DNA of 64,000 nt, taken from contig NW_019217967.1 in assembly GCF_002571385.2 (NCBI RefSeq), forward strand, positions 462,560 through 526,559, read 5' to 3'. Every line of letters begins with the position of its first letter. The stretch's first letter is position 1. The position numbers were made by a program, and so were the translations under genes. The notes below the pieces were generated by a model, which saw only the letters and a list, made by a program, of their open reading frames with translations, made no database searches and was not told where the DNA came from. Below, in pieces: positions 1 through 11,883 of the stretch. The stretch comes from Stylophora pistillata. Its lineage: Eukaryota.

Positions 1-211
1 AGGCAAGGTTCAACATTGAGCCAAACGAAAGTTGAACTTGTTGTAGGCACAACAACATACCTTAACTAAATAATCTGTTGCAATAATTTGTATAAAGTTT
101 GGATAATGAAAAGGAAAAAGGGTAAGAGCAGTTTTGTATAAGTCACAGTATAAGCACATGCCTTCTGTAGTGGTTCCTTTTGATTTCTTTTCTTTGTGGC
201 TTTCAAAACAG

Positions 212-3200
212 CTGGTTCCATGGGAAAATATCCTGTGACCAAGCAGAGCAGATCATGTCTTCTGCAATTGGTGGACAATTCCTTATCAAAGAGAGTTTAC
301 ATTATCCTGGAGATTATGTCATTTTTGTTCGGTAAGTTTGACATGTACTGCATTCTGCCCCCCCATTGTTAGTTACCCTCCTTAATTTATTACTTTTGAA
401 CCCCATAACTCTTCATAGATTTTGTAGTTATTTCAACTTTGAAAGCAGGGTTCTTCTACTGTTTATTGTTGCAGTATTGATGGAAAAACCAGGCACTGGA
501 GGGTGTCCTGGAGCAAGACAATGCAGTTTACAATTGATGATCAAGAATATTTTGACAGCATCACCAGCATGGTGAAAGTGAGTATCAAACAGTTTAGATT
601 ACCTAGTTTCAATTAAATCTACCACAAATTAAGTGTTAAAGACTTAAATTTACAGGGCTGTCAGTGCAGTGAATTCCTGGTTACATGTATGTTAAAAACC
701 ACATTTATTCACACCTGTTACAACTCCAACTCACTCACATCCTACAAGATATAAACAACTAATAACTTATGAAGTACCTTAGTTCACTTTCACAAGATCT
801 CATCTTCACATTATACATGGTTAAAAAATGGTACATACTTACATCTTCTAATTAACACGTACTCTATACACTAAACTCAGTACTATATAAAAAAGAGAAC
901 AGTGTACCTGTAGCAAGGTGCATTGAGTAGACAACTTACCTCTTGAGCAACAAAGGCACAACTCCCAAGAGGTTAAGGGTGAGAGAAGAGGGTGTATATT
1001 TGACACGGTGTAGGTGTAGAGGGTGTATATTTGACGCAGTGTAGGAAAAAGTCTCAGCTTTTTGTGCTGAAACAGGGCAGTTGGTTGGTAAGTTGAAATT
1101 TTCTCATCAATTAATTAGCCACCCTTCAGTAACAGTAAGTTTAGTCTTTCTTGATAGCATACCTTGCATTATGGAGAAGGACTTTTTTTGTACTAAATGC
1201 AAATCAAATCATGTCTGAAATTATTATTTTTTTCTTTGGCTTGAATAAAACTTGACTGATTGAGGGCTCAGTTGGCTATTCTTAAATAAAAATTTTGCAG
1301 ACTTAGATAATATTTCAATTGAAGTAGTGAAAGAGACATGAAAAGTAATTCTTATTAAATATCTTTATGAAGGGTGGATGCGCCAGATGTATCATTGTTT
1401 ATTTTTCACCTGTAGTACTACCAAAACAACACAGGATGTCATTTGCCAATCAAACTGACGGAGCCTGTAAGCAGACAAGAGGTCACCAATGGAAGTGCAG
1501 ATGATTCCTCCCTGCGTACAGGGGAAGGTACTGTAATCATGATCACACAGTCATAGTGCTCCTGGACCAATGAAATGAAATAAAGTAGTCAAAGTAGTAA
1601 AGAGACACAAAATACCAGTAGTCATGTGTATGTTGTAGTTAAATTTTATACTTCAAATTTTAATTTCTGTTGTTCTCGGTCATGTTAACCTATGATAATG
1701 AGTTTGAAACAAAGGAAGATAAAATTTGAAACAAGGATAAAATTGAACTACAACATATACATCTTGTAACAGCTCTGATGCTCAAGGCTTTATTCAGAGG
1801 TACTGTTTATTCTTTTATGTGTTTTCTGCAAACATGTGTGGATAGAGTGGGGATATTTGGTGTTTCTGCAAGTTGGTTATACAGTATTAATGGATAAATT
1901 GCTTACAGTATTTTCACCCACAACAAATATATGAAATCTATATATCTGAACTGCGGTTATAGAAACATATTTGTACACCATCCTCGCAGTAAAGAGCACT
2001 ATTTAAGCAATAGTGAAAATCAGACCTGAAAAAATTCAGGTCTCTATGGGATTCGAACCACTGACCTCTGCGATACTTGTGCAGCGCTCTACCAATTGAG
2101 CTAACAAGCCAACTGGGAGCAGGTCATCAATTTAATTTGACATAAATCCGTAAGATGATAAATCAAACACAATGAATATATGAAATCCATAATTTATATC
2201 TGAACTGCAGTTATAGAAATGTATTTGTGCATGATCCTCGCAGTAAAGAGCACTATTTCAGCATTTATTTAGTGAAAATCAGACCTGAAAAAATTCAGGC
2301 CTTAGCTAGTAATGTGCAAATGTGAGTTAGCATCAACTGCCCCCACTGTTAAACAAATGATTAATACCAATAACTGATGTTTCTGCCAGATTTTCTTGCT
2401 TAAAAGACTTATTTATTCTGTTGTGAAGAGTTGTCTTTCCTAAGATTCAGTAAGCTTTCAAGTTTGTAATCAGTTTTTTTTGTATAATATATATGTTACT
2501 TTATGAAAGAAGTTCACATTTGGCAAAGTTCTTAAAATTATGGGTATCCTGATGTGAAAATTTCTACTTTAAATTTGTTTCATGAGAACTTTGTATAAGA
2601 TTTCATGAATAATCTTCATTTACACCTTTCTTCTTTCTTTTTTTAATTCTCCTCAGATGATAACCTAGAAAGAGGAAGTCTTTACACAAATCCAGTTTCA
2701 GAAATTAATCTTACTGTGATAGTTGGTCAAGATACTTACTCACTTCTAACAAGTCCTTTCTATCAAGTGGATCATTTGAAGAAACAAGTTGAAGAATTGA
2801 GTGGAGTGCCTGTTGACTCTCAGTTATTAAGACTTAACGACAAGGCATTGGTGATGCACAATTTTTCTCTGAGAGACCATCATATTTTGAACAATGCAAC
2901 TATTCATGTCCAAGTTCACCCATGGAATGAAGAGTAAGCACATGTATTTAAAATAGTCTGTGGTATAGTTAGTGTACTGTTAATCCTAAATGAATTGAAG
3001 AAACTTTAAGGGGTTGGTTTTGAGGTACATACATTAAAAGGTCTGTTCACTTTTTTTGAGGATCTGATGCAAATCTGAGGGATGGGAATAATTCTAGTTA
3101 GGTTCAATGGTAGGGTTGGGTTTACTGTGCCACTATTAAAAGCCTTAAAAAAATAGTCTTGATCAGCTCTGTTAATATACCAAACAAGGTCTCTGTTATT

Positions 3201-4989
3201 TTTTATGTAATAAGATACAAAAATGATTTTGTCTGGTCCCAATTTGAAAAAAAAAGATACATTATCTGCACTACCCTTCCCACTAATCATTATTCCTTGT
3301 CTCAACCTACATTTATATTATTTTGAAATAATTAATTGGTACCATAGGTTCCAGTTCAAGGGCAGCTACAGTAGCTGTGAGGTATTAAACTTGTGGACAA
3401 GTTTTTTTTATACAAAGTTAACATACATTTATTAATATCACCAGCTCTTTGATATAATTGAGAATTATTGTCTCTTTCCTTCTTTTTTTCACTCAGTTGG
3501 TATGTTGGCAAAATGTCAGAGAAAGAAATAGAATCTGTTGTCAAGAAGCTGGGCCAATTAACAGATGGAATGTTCCTCATCAGAGATAGTTCTAGTTCTC
3601 CAGGAGATTATGCTCTTTTGGTTTGGTGAGTTATTCACCCATGATAATAATAATAGGAAATCAAAAGTAATAAGTATCTTACAATGTCTACACCAAGGAT
3701 GTGGAGCATTATTTTTGGCCCCTAACTGCTTGTCATCTTTGTTTGATTAGTTTGACTGGTTACAAGTACCCTATTGTATTTTGCATTACATTTACAAACA
3801 TGTGTATGTTTGGCTGTAATAGGTTGGTTTCTAATAGTTGTGATAATCATTAGTACATTTTCCTCTGTTGTCTTCTGTTGAACACCTCTCTCTTGCTATT
3901 GTCTCTCTTGGTCATGGGTGCACATATATCTCTAGAATTTTCATTCCACTGTACCTGCTGATGTTGTATGAAAGGGAATCACAATCAGTAATCTTTACTT
4001 TGATTTATTCTGAAGTAGATTGTATTAGGTTTTCTCGGTATGTTCTGAATGGTGAAGGTCTATACATCCAAGCAAGTACAGCTGTAGGTTATGCCTGCTC
4101 TATGCCTTAGTTGTGTTCTGCATACTCAGTTCCTCCAGTTTCACTGATTTAAACTTGTGATTTGAAATATGTTTGATCATTATAATATTGTAACTTGGTG
4201 CAAGTGTTTAATTTAAATTGTATAATCATAGAACAAAAACTATAGTTACTGATTTTTGTGAATGAATTTTAATACTGATTAATGAAGAATTTTACTTACT
4301 AGAAACAACTGGCCTTTATTGTTTGTGGGCCTAATACAACCATCCTGTTTATATGGCCATTATTATATTTGTGAGCCACTGGCATCTAATCTGATCCCAG
4401 GCACCTGCATGCTGTATGTCTTTGCAAGTTTTTTGTGGTTTTGGTTGTAGGTTTAAGGGCAGGCGTAGGTCCTATCGAGTGTCTTATAAGAATCAGTCCT
4501 ACAACATTGAAGAGAAATTGTTCTTTGGCAGCCTGTCTCAGTTGGTAGAGGTGAGTGCTAATGGGGCACCAAAAGTTTATCAGAGAAGCACTATGATGTA
4601 CAATACTTGGAAGTCTAAATATTTGTTAGTCATACTAATTGTTTGCTCATATTCCTGATAGCCAGTATACATTTAACTTGTCATGGGTTCTATGACTGAC
4701 TGTTTAAAGTGCACTTGACTCGAAATTTTATCCCCCTTTTTTTTTCTTACATTCAAAAATATATGTCATGAGAAGTATTTCAGCGAAAAAAAGGAAGTCA
4801 CAACGTTTCAAGAACACATTTTAAAATGCGATTAAAGTTCGCATTTTTTCTGCAAAATATGGGACAAGAGCCTGTGAACGAATAATAGAGCTGTCACGTC
4901 AGTGGTTGTGTTGGAGATATTGTTCCCAGTGATCAAGCCGTTGTTTTGAGTAAACTACTTGTTGTTTACGAGCTAAATACAAAAATGTA

Positions 4990-5022
<33 letters not shown>

Positions 5023-8000
5023 GGAATGATGAGGATGAAGATGGCTTATCTTCTGCCACTTTATTGCGGAGATTTGAGAAAACGGGGGAACGTTTTTAGT
5101 GGGCTGTATATTTGATGTTCTGCAGAGTATAAAGTGATTGCTATTGTCAGTTTTGCTGTGTTGTGGCTTACAGGTATTTAAATTAAAAAAATATTAAAAA
5201 AACTCAGAGGGCAATACTCGGTAAAAACAGATGAAATGAACATTTTTTAGGCAGTTTAAGTTACGTGTACACGTACAATGTATTACTGGATTAAAAAACG
5301 CTAGTAGTGTAATGAAAATTAGTGTAGGAAAGGAAAATTATCTCATGAAGTCAAAGAAGCTATTTTCACAAGTCATAAGAAAGATACTATCTTAAAATGC
5401 AGCTGAAGATAATAGCTTCAGGCACAGAGTGATATGTATACTTTATGATCAGTACTAAATAGTTATTGGATAATGATTAAAAAAATTATATTCTTTAGTA
5501 ATGAATGATGTTACATATCTTTTAGCATTATAAATGCCAGAGTGGTCTTCTACAAACACTTCTAACTGAGCCTGTGAAATTTAATAGAGAACAGCAAGGT
5601 AAGGCTTGTTGCTTTAGAAATCTTCCCTCTATCATTTCTCTTAAAGATGTCAGCCTTGTTTTCCTTTTAATAACTTTTAAAACCTTTCTTGAAATTTGTT
5701 TAGCAGTACCCTAGTTCTCATTTAGGAGCATGGTTGGAGAGGCTTGATTTATCATACACCTGTTCTTAGTCATTCATTCTTGCTCTGAACGTTTGAGTAG
5801 TAGTATAACTATTCTGAAAATGAATGTATTTGGTTATGAGTTGATTATCCTCTTGAAGGTAACAACTGCACAGAAAATAAAATGAGATGTCAATGCCTCT
5901 TCAATTCATTTTGATTTCAGTTTTCTGGGTGACTTTTTCAGTTTTAATGGAAAATTAAAGCGGATTTCCAGTTTTCTCAGATAGGCTTTAACCTTCCTGT
6001 ACCTCTCTCAGCATTGACGGAAAGCAGTTGTTTGATCGTTACCATTTGCTCTGCGTTGACCAAGGGTTGGTACCTAAAATTTCAGCCTGTGAAATCTCCT
6101 ATGCCGGCTTAGTATACTCACTGAACCAATTTCCTGTCAGCGCAGCACTACAGTTACAAGCTACAGTAGCAGTAATTACTTTGTAAAATTAAAGTTAATG
6201 AGCTAAAAACGGAGCTAAAGGGGATTTTTTCTCTCACACAGGTCTCATTCCACCTGCCTTTCTAGCAAGAGGTCCCAAAGCCAAAGAGGCTTACCGAAGA
6301 GCTTTAGAACACGGTAAAACATGCGATATTCGTGTGAGAGTCATGCTGATTGGACAAGACCATGCAGGCAAGACAAGTGTTAAACGATCGCTTAAGGGTG
6401 ACGAGTTCAACAGAGATGAGGCAAGAACAGCAGGTGTGCAGATGGACCCCCCTTTGTTAAGGGTCGGAAAGAGGCCATGGAAACCAGAATCCATTTCTAA
6501 TGAGCTACCTATTACTATGTTTGATCACAAGAGTGCTCAGTTGGTGGCCAGGCAGTTATCAAGAGACCATGACGAACCAATCATGTCACCCAGTAAATCT
6601 GCTACTTCTGATGTACACAATGAAAAACCTGAAGATAGACAAAGTCTGTCCAATGGGGTGCACAGCGAAGGAGATGATTTTAATTTTGAAAAAAATCACA
6701 CACGGACCAGTATTCCATCCAGTGGTTACGGAAGTTCATCAAGTGGTGACAGGAGCTCTCGAGACTCGCCCACGTTTCCACATATTGAACGTAAAGTGTT
6801 GAATGTTGGTGTTGAATGTAAGCTCAGTTTTGTAGATCAGACCTTAAATTGATCGGTAGATACGGGCGTGTCAGAGATAACACAGCCACCTATTCTCATT
6901 AGTGTCCTAAACCCGAATAGCAGTAATCCTGGGTCAGCTGCACGAAGGCAGCTTTCCTGTCCCCTGCAGTAACTGTCAAATCTAGAGTAACAACGTGAAA
7001 CGTCTTTGTATAACTCCGGTCCGGAAAGATCCCTGTTCGGAGGACAGTGTGGATTGGTTCTCCAACCCCTAATTGTATCCAATGAATATCAATTTAACCC
7101 CTTTAAGAACCCTAGAGTGTTGACTCAATTAAGACGGTCCAGTACCAAGTTAACCTTGTATTATTGAGCTTAAATACAAGGTACGTAATTATTTTGTATC
7201 TAGATGTCTGTATTTGGTGAAAGTGAACAATTTAAGTTATTGTACCATCATTTTGACGTGAACTGAGAGTTGTTTGACTCAAATTGCTTTTCATGTTTTT
7301 TTGTTTTTTTTTTTTTTTTTTTTAATTAGCGGAGGGGAAAAATCCCCTTCTTGAACCCACTTCACCAATCGTTCAAGATGAAGTGTTTGCTAGAGACCCC
7401 GAACCTTTCCGTGATCTGTCACAGGAGATCATGACCTTGGTAGAACGTATTCTTAAAGAAGACAATCACTCGGTTGGTGCAGATCAGATATGGCCAGTGA
7501 TCTGGGATTTTGCTGGCCAATCCCTCTATCACGCCTTACATCCCATCTTTATGTCGCGTGAAGCTGTGTATCTACTTGTGTCTGACTTGAGCAAAGACCT
7601 GTTCGAAAAGGCAGACGACAATGTAAAGCAAACGGAAAAGCCAGGTTTCAGGACGGCAACAAAGAGCGAGTCTAGTCTCGATCATCTCATGAAGTGGATG
7701 GATTTGGTTCACTCTTTTCAGGACCCAACCCTTAATGCCTTAGATATACAAAGTTGTGCCCAGCCTCCGGTCATCTTGGTTGGTACTCATGTCGATAAAG
7801 TGACTGGAGATCCATGGGATGCCATGAATAATATCCTCAAGAGTTTTGAAGGGAAGGCCTTTTCATGCCACATTGTCGACGACAAATTTGTTGTCGACAA
7901 CACTCGTGCTGGACAGCCTTTCGAACGTGAGGATCAAAATGTCCAAAGACTCAGAGAGAAAATTATCTCGGTGGCATCAACATTGCCTCACACCAAACAA

Positions 8001-11000
8001 CTCATTCCTCTACAATGGCTCCGCGTTGAGAAATTACTTCATCGCTTAGCCAGCAAAGGATACAAGCACATCACCAAAATGGAATTCAGGGAAATTTCTA
8101 ACAAAATTTGCCAGTTCGAAGTGGAAGAGGACAGTGAGGAATTGTTGCATTTTTTGTGCGACTGCGGTGCAGTTCTTTACTTCAGTCACGAGTCGAATCT
8201 GTCCAACAGCCTGGTGATACTCGACCCGCAATGGCTGATCAATGTATTCTGCGAAATTCTCAAAAGTGTCCCAAGCAAGAAGGATTTAATTCAAATTCGG
8301 GAGAAACGCCGCATTCTTGCTGAAGATGGGATCTTGTCCAAAGAACTTATTAACTATACATGTAAGAAACTTGACCTTCAATTCCCCCAAGAAACGTTAC
8401 TTTCAATCATGGAAAAGTGTAACCTCATCTGTCGCTGGAATGAGCAAAATGGCAAAGAGGTGTATCTTGTTCCCTCGATGTTTACGGCTAAACCAGACGG
8501 AGAGATATCTGGACTGATTGGTCAAGGGAAGCTTGCCCCAATTTACATTCAATTTTCCTCAGGATATGTTCCCTATGGCTTGTTTTGCAGATTTCTGACC
8601 TTGTTTGGTCAACAAATTTCTCCCAAGTGTCCTGCCACACCTCCGAAGCTTTTTGCAAACGCAGCTCGATTTTTTCTCGGCCAGAAAAGCAACTACAATT
8701 TGACGATAGCTTGCTTCAAGAGTGTCATAGCAATTCATCTGTTGTTTGAAGGGAAGTGTGAGGTTGGACGAGAAACGGCTTCCATCAGCAAACATATCTG
8801 CAGGTTAGTGTTTTATGTAAATAAATGTCATTTGGAATCACACAATTTCGATGTTGTTCAGCGCAGGAGCGAAAAGTTTATTGACTAAAATCGGTTCTAA
8901 CCCTAACCTAACCAACACTTGTTAATTTGAGATACAATGAAATATATGAAGTTGATATATTTTGTACTGCGGTATTAGATACATATGATGCACGATCCTC
9001 GCAGTAGATAGCGCTATATGAACTTCATATATGAAGTTACAATGAAATATATGAACTTCATATATTTCATTGTAACTCATTTATCACTTTCACGGGTTTA
9101 TTACGATATGAAGATACAATGAAATATATGAACTTCATATATTTCATTGTATCTGATTTATCACTTTCACGGGTTTATGACGAATCAACTTAACGGCCTG
9201 CTCCCGGTTGGCTTGTTAGCTCAATTGGTAGAGCGCTGCACTAGTATCGCAGAGGTCAGTGGTTCGAATCCCGTACAGGCCTGATTTTTTTCAGGTCTGA
9301 TTTTCGCTATTGCTTAAATAGCGCTATCTACTGCGAGGATCGTGCATCATAGCNTTTCTTAGCAGTAAACGTCTGTAAACATCAGATCGTAGGTGCTCGC
9401 GCGAGCACACGCAATTGTCAGCGGTAGCTAAAACAGATCATGAGCAAATGTCGATCTTATAGAATCCAGATTTTTAAATGCGCGAGAACGCGCGTGGAAA
9501 TTGCTAAACTCACGAAAGCTATTGCATGAAAACAAGTCCGGTGACCCCTTCTTTTTATTGTTCCAATATGATGATAACGTCGAAAGGAATAATCAGAAAA
9601 AAAACTAGAAAACTCTACGGAAGGAAATTTGCGATGTGTGAAAATTGCCCTTTTTGTAGATTTTCTGAAATTCCGCTCCGTAGAATTTTTTAAAAATCTC
9701 TGTGCATTTTCCTTTTCATGTGCCAAAGGCAATCACTGAAAAAAATCAGGGGGTCACCGGGTTAGTTTTCGAATTATTTAAGCCACAAGCTAAAAAATGC
9801 GTCTGACTAAGCCTATGAAAGCGTCGCCATGGAAACTGCTAGTGACGAAATGACAGTTATTTTTGGATAACCAATGATTATGTAATTCAACCCCGTAAAA
9901 GTGTTCAACTGGCCTTGGTCAGTCTTTCTGTTGTATTCTTTCAAAGTTACAAACCATCAAAAAGATGAAAACCGGTACGAGCCACCTTAAGTAAGGTCTT
10001 ATTATTAGAGTGGACCGTATGACTTTTTCATTCGCCTATCAAGTTACACATTTTACGATTTTACGAAAACATCATCAAGACGAACAGTTTTCCAAAGTCA
10101 CTCTAACTTAGATGCTCTCTGTAGCTTTTTCATTAAAAAATGTCCTTAGGTAGCTTATTGAATAAATGTATGAATTCGTTTATTGAATAATTGATATATG
10201 TATATAGTGAATGACTCGGTGACTTCGATTGGTTGGTTGATTGCATAATCTTCGTCTTGGAAGGCGTACTGATCATAAGTCATCCTAGTTTATACAGTCG
10301 GTTGCTTGGTCACCGTTAGGCAGACTTCCTTTTCTGCTGAACAGTTATGAGTTACAAGAAGATGGATTATGTTGATTGGATAAAAAATGTGTTACCTGAA
10401 AGCCTGTTCATTTTCGTTATGCAGAGCTGGGTTTGATGAATTTCTTTATTTTTCTTCAATAGCATCTACGCTGCACAGATCAGGATCCAGGTAAATCATT
10501 TTGTATTTAGCAATTAATTATCGTAGCTTCTGTAGAGCTGTCTCGCTCACTTTGCGTGGATAAGATTTCATTAAGCCGCGATTAATGATAATTGAAAAGT
10601 GCTCGTTTTCCTTGAATTTGTGTCACTCAAAGTTAGCCACAGTAATTCTAGAATGTTTTAATTCCGTTACAATTGACAGTGTGAATTTTGTGATTCAACT
10701 GAATATCAATATTCTTTTCAAGTCCCTTGTTGTTAATAAGGTGACTTACTCACCTTTTTCGAGTGTAACGATTGAATCACCATAGTTGTTTTAATAAACT
10801 TAGTGTTCTCGTCCTAACAGCCCAGCTGCAATTTAAACCTGGTGTGGTGTCTGCTGATGATCTTCTTCTCCTGGCGCGTGATGTTGGAAACAAGTGGGAG
10901 CAATTGTGCCGCATCCTGCTGAGCGAAAAAGAGCGACAACAAATTGATAACGATAAGACAAACTTATTTGATAAGTGCTATGCCACACTTCATACATGGA

Positions 11001-11140
11001 AGGGGGCACAGGGAACCAGTGCGACATATAGTGCTCTTGGAATGGCGTGGAAAATGCTGATGGAAGTAGACCCAGACACGGAAGATCTCTGTACGCAGTA
11101 CTGCTTGAAATCACACGGAGTGATGGAGAGCAGTGTTTAA
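212..11140 (+). CDS. Kinase-less ROCO protein: SH2 - ubiquitin-like - SH2 - ROC - COR - Death domain (5' end upstream of the window; probable missing internal exon)
   Basis: GT-AG exons in consistent phase: 212-331, 475-577, 1416-1527 (SH2 #1: WFHGKISCDQAEQ..FLIKES..YPGDYVIFVR..FTIDDQEYFDSITSMVKYY); 2657-2933 (ubiquitin-like: VDHLKKQVEELSGVPVDSQLL..SLRDHHILNNATIHV); 3497-3625, 4451-4550, 5526-5598 (SH2 #2: WYVGKMS..FLIRDS..PGDYALLVW..FGSLSQLVEHY); 6242-6817 (P-loop GQDHAGKTS); 7330-8803 (WDFAGQ, VGTHVD, COR motifs IPLQW and VILDPQWLI); 10463-10490; 10821-11140 (Death-like: LLLLARDVGNKWEQLCRIL..KCYATLHTWK..ATYSALG). The phase mismatch between 8803 and 10463 spans a single N at 9354. Confidence 0.85.
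1925..2302 (-). repeat. tRNA-containing interspersed repeat with tandem partial duplication
   Basis: The reverse complement of 2038-2112 has Pol III A-box (TAGCTCAATTGG) and B-box (GGTTCGAATCC) motifs. Flank 1925-2040 is repeated at about 2172-2302. Same family as 8932-9350. Confidence 0.75.
4990..5022. repeat. (TTGA)n microsatellite
   Basis: About 8 tandem TTGA units seen directly. Confidence 0.9.
8932..9350 (+). repeat. tRNA(Thr)-like repeat element with direct and inverted sub-repeats
   Basis: 9210-9282 GGCTTGT..ACAGGCC cloverleaf with an AGT anticodon but mismatched anticodon and T stems. ATGATGCACGATCCTCGCAGTAGATAGCGCTAT (about 8985-9017) is inverted at about 9318-9350. Confidence 0.7.
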
Positions 11141-11732
11141 TACACTAATGTCGCAATCTGATGGGTCAATTTACCGTTGTCGATAAATGTACAGACAACG
11201 CTAAACCACTCTCGGTTTGTTAAACTGAATAGGCTGAGTTTTGAGGATGGACGTCATTGCAGCATTCTTTAAAACGCATATTTACTCATTGTGATCCATG
11301 TTTGTTTGTGAGGCCAACGACAATAGAATGTCACAGAATAAATTATGGTGGGTTGAGGTGCAAATCGTTTGATATTGATTTTAGTTCAATATGGTACACT
11401 GTCCTCTCTCTCCGAAGTTTAATTACACGAATTGCCTCAACTTAGTGAAAATCCAATGTTCTCTGTAACATGTAGTCTCCCTCTTGAAGATACTGTAGGC
11501 TCAAAGTATGATAAACATACATAATTTAAACGTGGGAGACATAGTGATGAACTCCAGATCGAAACAGGAGAACGAATCAAGTAAAACAGATCAAAGGAAC
11601 TTCTCTTCTGCTAGCCTTACTCACAAATCAAGTATTAAACGCGAGAAAAGTTAAATTAAAATTTTTAATTTTTCTCTTTTATCAAATTACTAATAATGGC
11701 AGAAGATTTTACCGATAGAGTTGCCCTCTCGA

Positions 11733-11883
11733 TCTGGCCCTGGTTGTTCGAAGATTGAATAACGCTATCCACTGTATAAATCTCTATCCGGTGGATAGTG
11801 CAGTACCTTTTCCTATGTTTATCCGCTGGATAGCAATTTATCCGTTGGATAGCGTTCTCCTCCCTTTATACAACTGGACCCTG
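11733..11883. mobile_element. Short MITE with reiterated TATCC-N-GGATA palindromes
   Basis: Imperfect terminal inverted repeats (ctggccctggttgt .. acaactggaccctg) and three internal tatccgNtggatag units. Confidence 0.55.

Noticed and set aside
212-5598. A separate CSK/Syk-type tyrosine kinase gene
   Set aside because: No kinase exons follow, and the last SH2 exon (phase 1) splices in frame to the ROC exon at 6242.
9210-9282. Functional tRNA-Thr gene
   Set aside because: Anticodon and T stems are mismatched and it sits within a repeated element; the tRNA-like sequences near 2040, 31100 and 56400 are likewise repeat or SINE parts.
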